Assembly (NCBI GenBank): GCA_002269645.1
Contig: NIVC01004917.1
Location: 1-31,496 of the forward strand
DNA length: 31,496 bases
Source: Macrostomum lignano
Taxonomy: Eukaryota
Direction: 5' to 3'
Made by a program: the position numbers and the translations under genes
Part shown: piece by piece, positions 21,788 through 31,496 of the stretch
Numbering within the stretch: the first letter of the stretch is position 1
Layout of the letters: each line of letters begins with the position of its first letter
The notes under the pieces: generated by a model
Seen by the model: the letters and a program-made list of their open reading frames with translations, nothing else
Databases searched by the model: none
Told to the model about the DNA's origin: nothing

Positions 21788-24122
21788 AGAACACATGGCT
21801 CACAAGTCAGCAACATCAGTAGATAAAAGCTAGATCCCCCCCAACAAAGGAGAAAAAACTTTCAAGAGTCAAATTAAAAACGACGGCCCAAGAAAGTAGT
21901 CAAACCAGCGGTTGCTCTGCTGAGGGCCCATCAGCCGGCTCTAACTGCCGCCTCATGAACAGGCATTCAACCCAAAGGGCCGCAGCCAACAAAGGCTATA
22001 ATTTGCTTGCTGAAGCAAACTGCTTGACAGTGGCTAATTGCTGTAATTGAGCACATCTGTTGTGTTGCTCATATGCATACTCACATGCCTCACTGTCACA
22101 TGAACAGTAATTAGACATTGCAACTTTCCTAAAATCCCAGCTCAGCTCACTGGACAAATTTCATTTTTTTGCTTTGCGCTTATTATTTGAAAACTTCACA
22201 TCTTTCCTTACATCTAGTATTTCCTAGTGTGGCTTCTTTATACTCGTGTGTGTTTCTCACTTCGCTTCCGCTCCCGACACAAGACTGTCATCCCGGCTCC
22301 TTCCCTCCTGACACAATACTGTCAACCCGGCTCCTTCCCTCCTGACACAATACTGTCAACCCGGCTCCTTCCCTCCTGACACAATACTGTCAACCCGGCT
22401 CCTTCCCTCCTGACACAATACTGTCAACCCGGCTCCTTCCCTCCTGACACAATACTGTCAACCCGGCTCCTTCCCTCCTGACACAATACTGTCAACCCGG
22501 CTCCTTCCCTCCTGACACAATACTGTCAACCCGGCTCCTTCCCTCCTGACACAATACTGTCAACCCGGCTCCTTCCCTCCTGACACAATACTGTCAACCC
22601 GGCTCCTTCCCTCCTGACACAATACTGTCAACCCGGCTCCTTCCCTCCCGACACAAGACTGTCATCCCGGCTCCTTCCCTCCTGACACAATACTGTCAAC
22701 CCGGCTCCTTCCCTCCTGACACAATACTGTCAACCCGGCTCCTTCCCTCCTGACACAATACTGTCAACCCGGCTCCTTCCCTCCTGACACAATACTGTCA
22801 ACCCGGCTCCTTCCCTCCTGACACAATACTGTCAACCCGGCTCCTTCCCTCCTGACACAATACTGTCAACCCGGCTCCTTCCATCCTGACACAATACTGT
22901 CACCCGGCCCACCTGTCCAGCCACAGAGCCTCCAGCTGTGTCAGATCGCAGGCGATGCACTCCAGCGCCACATCCGTCAGGCGGGCGCACCAGCCCAAGT
23001 CCAGCTCGCGCAGCTGCCGCATCCCGTCGGCCAGCGCGTCAACGGCTTCATCTGTCAGCTTGGAGCAGCCGTTCAGGCAGAGCCGCCGAAGGCCGGGCAG
23101 AGCAGCGGCCAGCGATGCGGCGCCCCGGTCGGTGATCTCCCAGCAGCTGGGCAGGTCGAGGCTGAGCAGCCCGGCCGGACAGTCGGCCAGGCAAGGCAGG
23201 CAGCAGTCTGTGAGGTGGCAGCCCTGCAGTTCCAGCCGCCTGAGGCAGCCGAGCCGGGCCGCCAGCGCCGCCACGCTCTGGTCGGTGAGGCCGGCGCAGT
23301 CCGACACGGAGAGGCTGGCGAGGCTGCCAGACAGCAGGCGGCAAGCGGCCGCGGTCGGCTCGGCCAGCCGGTTGCAGCCGGTGAGGCTCAGAGCGGCCAG
23401 CGGCCGCCGGCGGCCAGCAGGGCGGCCAATCCGGAGTCGGTCAGAGGCGAATCGATGACGGCCAGGTCGGCAATCCGGCCGGCCAGGTGGGCGAGCCGGG
23501 GCAGCAGGCTGTCCAGGTGGGCGTCAGTCAGGCCGGAGAAGCCGATCGAGTCGATGCGACGCTCGGCAATGCTGGCGAAGAGTCGGTCGATCGACTCCGA
23601 CCAGTCGGCGTCTGAGTCGGCGGCCTCGGGCGGGACGAGACGCAGCGGCAGCAGCAGGCGGAGGTGGCGCCAGAAGCTCAGGCGGTAGAGGGCGTCCCGC
23701 CAGGCCGGACAGACGCGGCAGAGGCGGGCGGCCTCGTAGGGGCTGCAGTGGGCGGCCAGCCGCTCGGCCAGCCAGCCGCTTGACGCCAGCTCGGCGGGGT
23801 CCGGGGCGGACGGCCGCTGATTGCAGCGGTGAAGTAATCCGCTGGCCAGATGGCGGCGATGGTGGCGCGGCGTCTGCCGAGGCTGCTGCTGCGGCGGCGG
23901 CGGCGATGTCGGCTGTTTTTGCTGCTGCTGCTGCTGCCCGCCGCCGAAGTTGAAGAAGCGCAGTTTCAGCGCCGCCACGGGACTGGATGGCGGCGGGCCC
24001 GCTGCTTCCACGCTTCCGGCGCTGTTGTTTACGCCGCTGCCGCTGCTGCTGCCCGGACGTCGCAGACTGCGCAGGCTGTGCGTCAGGTCGGCGCAGGCTT
24101 TCGCCAGAGCTCCAACATCCAT
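20172..24122 (-). CDS. FBXL16: F-box/LRR-repeat protein 16; complement(join 22913..24122, 21531..21679, 20172..20320), with a 1-nt frameshift near 23401
   Basis: F-box-like CSPYEAARLCRVCPAWRDALYRLSFW; LRRs LSVSDC, SCWEITD, GCSKLTD and LDLGWCARLTDVALECIACDLTQLEALWLDR|CPAISDIGVGYLSTM, then LELTNC...NYLQLQLPHCRIYY*. These closely follow FBXL16 as recalled. GT-AG introns with matching phases. The ATG is at 24122; the track start at 24134 is a TTG. Confidence 0.9.
20336..20850. repeat. Minisatellite, 14-bp unit (ggtggctaccggtt), interrupted at 20544-20596
   Basis: Period 14 with an accggt palindromic core. Confidence 0.95.
20544..20596. mobile_element. 53-bp miniature inverted-repeat element with 14-bp TIRs and an 8-bp TSD
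   Basis: cacggactacttaa (20544-20557) and ttaagtagtccgtg (20583-20596) are perfect reverse complements; tggtggtt flanks both sides (20536-20543, 20597-20604). Confidence 0.7.
21318..21395. repeat. Short tandem repeat, 18-bp unit (tagcttgtaaatagcaga), ~4 copies
   Basis: Direct inspection. Confidence 0.85.
21718..21788. repeat. (GTCT)n microsatellite, ~17 copies
   Basis: Direct inspection. Confidence 0.95.
22272..22906. repeat. Minisatellite, 34-bp unit (gacacaatactgtcaacccggctccttccctcct), ~18 copies
   Basis: Period 34 verified at 22321/22355; abuts the FBXL16 exon-1 donor. Confidence 0.97.
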
Positions 24123-24570
24123 TCGAGTTGTCAATGGATGCCAAATTCACTGCGGGATGAATCTGCCGAGAGGCGTAACGCGCGGCATCCCTAAAAAATC
24201 TCTTCGTCTCCGCCCGGGTTTCCCCTCTTTTCTCCTGGCCCCACCCGCCTCCCACAGCGCACTGCTCAAATTCACAACAGTTTCGTCCTTTCGCTTGCTC
24301 GTGCTCTGCTTCGACAGATTTCATTGGCTCAAAAATCTCTTTTGCTGGCAGAGGGCGCGGGCAAGGGAACTCCCATCGGCTGTCCTGTCCCTGCCCTCTT
24401 CCCCATCCTCTTTTAGCTACTTCTTCTCCATATTTCAGAGCGCGGCACGGGCCGGCCTCAAGCCTCTGTTATATACTAGCAGATAGAGCTCACCTTATCC
24501 ACCTCCCAGCTTCACTTGTTCTTCTTCATGCTCCTGTGCTGCTCATGCGTTCTAGTCTCTCCGCCCTCAC

Positions 24571-24573
<3 letters not shown>

Positions 24574-24627
<54 letters not shown>
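24574..24627. repeat. (CT)n/(GA)n microsatellite ~450 bp upstream of the FBXL16 ATG; possible GAGA-type promoter element
   Basis: ~27 dinucleotide units; any regulatory role is inference only. Confidence 0.85.
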
Positions 24628-24630
<3 letters not shown>

Positions 24631-25197
24631 GCTTTCCGCTCCTCAATTAATCCTGGCAACCTTTCTCCCCTTTCAGCTTGTATACAAGGGGGTTGGATCG
24701 AGGATAGGATGGGGGTGTCGAAGTTGCAGACCCTTGCAGCAGTTCAAAAGAAGAAGAAGAAGAAGACAGATTCGGGCGGGGCCGCTCGAAGCAGCCGCCT
24801 GTTGTTTCCGTGCCAGATAGAGTGAGACGAGCGAGCGATATTCGAGTAGGTAACGGAGCCTGAGCTGGGGAGGGGGGTTATGATGCAAAATTAAGAATTC
24901 GACAAGAAGCTCTTCATCAAGAATTTCCTTTGAGTGAGCACGAACTGAAAGGTGAGCTAGGCTACGAGTATAGGTTGTTAAGGCGATGTTAGTTGAGCAA
25001 AGCGTGTTGAAAGATTTCAGATTGAATCTAGCTCTCAAAAATGAGCTTTGGAGTATTCTTTTGCTTTCGCAAGTCGAAGTATAATATTGCTGATAACTGC
25101 TTTAGCATTCTGAGAACGCTGAGGTGCCACGGGTCAAGGGGGAGTCGCTAAGATGCCATGACTCAACGAGAAGTTGCTGAGATGCATGACTCAAAGG

Positions 25198-26560
25198 CTT
25201 AGCCGGACTCATCTCTTAGCTGGATTCTCATCTACGAGTATAGCCGGACTGTAATCATCTCTAGCAGGTCTCTTAGCCGGACTCTCGATCATGTCTTAGC
25301 CGGACTCTCATCTCTTAGCCAGACTCTCATCTCTTAGCCAGACTCTCACCTCTTAGCCAGACTCTCATCTCTTAGCCAGACTCTCATGTCTTAGCCAGAC
25401 TGCCATCTCTAAGCCAGACTCTCATCTCTTAGCCAGAATCTCATCTCTTAGCCAGACTCTCATCTCTTAGCCAGACTCTCATCTCTTAGCCAGACTCTCA
25501 TCTCTTAGCCAGATTGTCATCTCTTAGCCAGACTCTCATGTCTTAGCCAGACTGCCATCTCTTAGCCAGATTGTCATCTCTTAGCCAGATTGTCATCTCT
25601 TAGCCAGACTCTCATGTCTTAGCCAGACTGCCATCTCTTAGCCAGATTGTCATCTCTTAGCCAGACTCTCATGTCTTAGCCAGACTGCCATCTCTAAGCC
25701 AGACTCTCATCTCTTAGCCAGACTCTCATGTCTTAGCCAGACTGCCATCTCTAAGCCAGACTCTCATCTCTTAGCCAGACTCTCATCTCTTAGCCAGACT
25801 CTTATGTCTTAGCCAGACTCTCATCTCTTAGCCAGACTCTCATCTCTTAGCCAGACTCTCATGTCTTAGCCAGACTGTCATCTCTAAGCCAGACTCTCAT
25901 CTCTTAGCCAGACTCTCATGTCTTAGCCAGACTGCCATCTCTAAGCCAGACTCTCATCTCTTAGCCAGAATCTCATCTCTTAGCCAGACTCTCATCTCTT
26001 AGCCAGACTCTCATCTGTTAGCCAGACTCTCATCTCTTAGCCAGATTGTCATCTCTTAGCCAGACTCTCATGTCTTAGCCAGACTGCCATCTCTAAGCCA
26101 GACTCTCATCTCTTAGCCGGAGTCTCATCTCTTAGCCAGACTCTCATCTCTTAGCCAGACTCTCATCTCTTAGCCAGAATCTCATCTCTTAGCCAGACTC
26201 TCATTTCTTAGCCGGACCCTCATTTCTTAGCCGGACTCTCGTCTTATCCAGACTGTCATCTCTTAGCCAGACTCTCATGCCTTAGCCAGACTCTCATCTC
26301 TTAGCCAGAATCTCATCTCTTAGCCAGACTCTCATTTCTTAGCCGGACCCTCATTTCTTAGCCAGATTGTCATCTCTTAGCCAGACTCTCATTTCTTAGC
26401 CAGACTCTCATCTCTTAGCCAGACTCTCATCTCTTAGCCAGACTCTCATCTCTTAGCCAGATTGTCATCTCTTAGCCAGACTCTCATGTCTTAGCCAGAC
26501 TGCCATCTCTTAGCCAGACTCTCATCTCTTAGCCAGACTCTCATGTCTTAGCCGGAGTCT
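25198..26560. repeat. Minisatellite, 19-bp unit (ttagccagactctcatctc), ~70 copies
   Basis: Period 19 with several recurring variants. Confidence 0.97.
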
Positions 26561-28186
26561 CGTTGCAGCTGTATATAGAGAAAGAAATAAATTGTGAGGA
26601 AAATGTCACAGACAAAAGATTTTCAATTCTCCATCTGAAAGAAGTGAGTGACTTGCATGGGTTGTTTTTGGCTAATTGTATATTATATACGGTATGCGAC
26701 TATGAACACGTCGCATATTCAGACTGGGCAAAAGCAGCAAGAGCAATTAGCATATAAATATAAATTAAAATAAAGTTAGGATTTGCATTGCTCAGTACAA
26801 TAGAGTAGTATCATGCGCACATATATAGTCCAGCTAAATCTGTTACAATGCCAGATATATAATGTTTTAAAGCAGATGTGGCAGCACGAAAAAGAGAGGA
26901 CGCGGTGCACTTTTATTAGCGATTGTAGCACAAAACTAGGTGTGTATAAATAAAATTTTTAAAAGTTTGAGAACCCAGAACCAACAGTGCCGTCAGGACA
27001 CTTAATTAGGAAAATCTAATTATGAATAAAAATTTATTAAATACCAAGATGAATTCTGTGACAATGCCGATTTTTTCAATAACGATACAAAACGGAGAAA
27101 TGCCAAATAACGCTAGTAATATTCCATACATGCTACTATCTTAGAGAGAGATGCGACAGTAGTGCAGTTAGTTTTACAAGAAACCCTCAAAATGGTATTT
27201 AAATTATAAAATGGTAATTAGAGTTCAATGAAAACAGAAAGAGTTACCAGAATTGGCAAATTATGAAAATATAAAGAAATAAAAATTATTTAAGGCGACA
27301 GCAGGCACAACAGAGGCCGGTTTGATTAATTTATTTAATTAGTTTCATCAGTAACGCAATCACGGAGAGGGGAGACACACAGACACGAAAACTGATGTCG
27401 GAAGGTGAGAAAGCGCGCGCCGTGTCTTTGTGTGTACGATGCATTTAAACTACTCAAAGTAGGTCGGGAAACTACGATTATTAGAAATTTTTAGGAGGCA
27501 GGATTTACTGAAAACCACAAGAGAACCACAGAGAAATGGAGATCGGTGAGCCAAGCGCTGTAAAACAAATATAGTATCATTATAACAAAACAAAAAAACG
27601 CACAAGGCAGATAAAGCTGTATAAAAAATAATAATAACTATTATTATTATTATTACCAGGGCAAAGAAAGCGTTAAAAAATTGCACATTAAATTTGTTAA
27701 TTTATAACAAAACAACATGATTTTCACTTCCGGATTTGTTGCAATGCAGTTCAACAAACAAAACCAACTGGGCAAAAATGAGATAAAAATTTGCAAAACA
27801 AAAAATAACAAACAATTTTTATACACCAGAGAAGAAACGGTTGCAAAAGTGCAAAGCCTTTTTTGTTTAAATATTTTATTTGATAGTCAGAGATCTGCTG
27901 AAGATGCATAGATCAGCGAGATTGTGCTTGCGAAGATTCCCAGTGCTGCATGGCGAAAAACAGCAATTAAAAAACAGGATATATGCCAGCTGCTGTACCA
28001 ATTATAATTTTGACTGAACAGTTAGGTACAAAAATGTTGTAAAATTTAGTTTAAATTAATATAATACACACGCCACACACCTCCGAGATGAGGGGCCGCC
28101 ACCAGTCACTGATAGACATCTTTTAGCAAAAGTAAAAAGTACAGATTGTCCTTTTAATAAGAGAAATTCTTGCAGTCTCATTTCAC

Positions 28187-29110
28187 GACATTGAGGGTTG
28201 GAGTTCATTCCTCAAGATTGAAGTTTGGGGTTCGATTCCCAGACATTGTGGGTTGAAGTTCAATTCCTCAAGATTGAAGTTTGGGGTTCGATTCCCAGAC
28301 ATTGAGGGTTGAAGTTCATTTCCCAGGATTGAAGTTTGGGGTTCGATTTCAAGACATACATTATGGGTTGGAGTTAAAATCCTCAGGATTGAAGTTTGGG
28401 GTTCGATTCCCAGACATTGTGGGTTGGAGTTCAATTCCTTAAGATTGAAGTTTGGGGTTCGATTCCCAGACATTGAGGGTTGAAGTTCATTTCCCAGGAT
28501 TGAAGTTTGGGGTTCGATTTCAAGACATACATTATGGGTTGGAGTTAAAATCCTCAGGATTGAAGTTTGGGGTTCGATTCCCAGACATTGTGGGTTGAAG
28601 TTCAATTCCTTAAGATTGAAGTTTGGGGTTCGATTCCCAGACATTGTGGGTTGGAGTTCAATTCCTCAAGATTGAAGTTTGGGGTTCGATTCCCAGACAT
28701 TGTGGATTGAAGTTCAATTCCCAGGATTGAAGTTTGGGGTTCGATTCCCAGACATTGAGGGTTGGAGTTCAATTCCTCAAGATTGAAGTTTGGGGTTCGA
28801 TTCCCAGACATTGATGGTTGAAGTTCATTTCCCAGGATTGAAGTTTGGGGTTCGATTCCAGACATTGAGGGTTGGAGTTCAATTCCTCAAGATTGAAGTT
28901 TGGGGTTCGATTCCCAGACATTGAGGGTTGAAGTTCATTTACCAGGATTGAAGTTTGGGGTTCGATTCCCAGACATTGTGGGTTGGAGTTCAATTCCTCA
29001 AGATTGAAGTTTGGGGTTCGATTCCCAGACATTATGGGTTGGAGTTAAACTCCTCAAGATTGAAGTTTGGGGTTCGATTCCCAGACATTGTGGATTGGAG
29101 TTTTAGTCTA
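28187..29110. repeat. Minisatellite, 56-bp unit, 16 copies, carrying GGTTCGATTCC
   Basis: Units counted by hand; 14 of 16 contain ggttcgattcc exactly. Confidence 0.95.
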
Positions 29111-29209
29111 GGACATTGTAGAATGGGTCACAGATCACAGAAGCATATAAAAACCAGAGCAGCAGACAGCTGGTGAAGTTCAGCATTTCAACCGAAGTGT
29201 CTCTAAAGC

Positions 29210-31384
<2,175 letters not shown>

Positions 31385-31496
31385 CTGGCCGAATAAAAGT
31401 AACAGGAAGCGAGCTTCATTGGCGAGCTCGAATCGGCATGGGAAGGGGCGGACGGAGAGAGCGGGTGGAAAAGGGGGAGGATTGGAACAAAGAGGG

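Noticed and set aside
23395-23405. Programmed -1 ribosomal frameshift in FBXL16
   Set aside because: No X XXY YYZ slippery heptamer; similar 1-nt breaks occur throughout the window.
31385-31419. ATG 31419 (MKLASCYFYSAR) as the start of the RNA-binding gene
   Set aside because: It lies in a pyrimidine-rich stretch ending in ttttattcggccag, more likely an intron 3' end, and the domain appears N-terminally incomplete. Not excluded.

Overview
This is eukaryotic (animal) genomic DNA with GC-rich exons separated by introns that are mostly filled with minisatellites. The style suggests a flatworm such as Macrostomum, but that is inference only. Three spliced genes are well supported. (1) A + strand neogenin/DCC/frazzled netrin receptor (9 exons, ~7515/7637-19596) with six FN3 domains, a TM helix and a P3-type C-terminus; no Ig exons were found in the window. 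(2) A convergent - strand FBXL16 (3 coding exons, 20172-24122). (3) The 3' part of a - strand uncharacterised protein (29210-31384) with a LOTUS/winged-helix-like segment, a cold-shock/OB-like domain and an Egalitarian-type TQT tail. Its last intron holds a 5'-truncated RNase H-bearing non-LTR retrotransposon with a 13-bp target-site duplication. Weak chaperonin-like (MKKS/BBS6-like) fragments may lie on the - strand in the first 7 kb. About 20 distinct tandem arrays occupy roughly 40% of the window and explain most ORFs in the supplied track. Several reading frames need single-base corrections, which points to long-read assembly error or a decaying gene copy. No rRNA, intact tRNA or CRISPR array was found. 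All family assignments come from manual translation and remembered sequences, not database searches.
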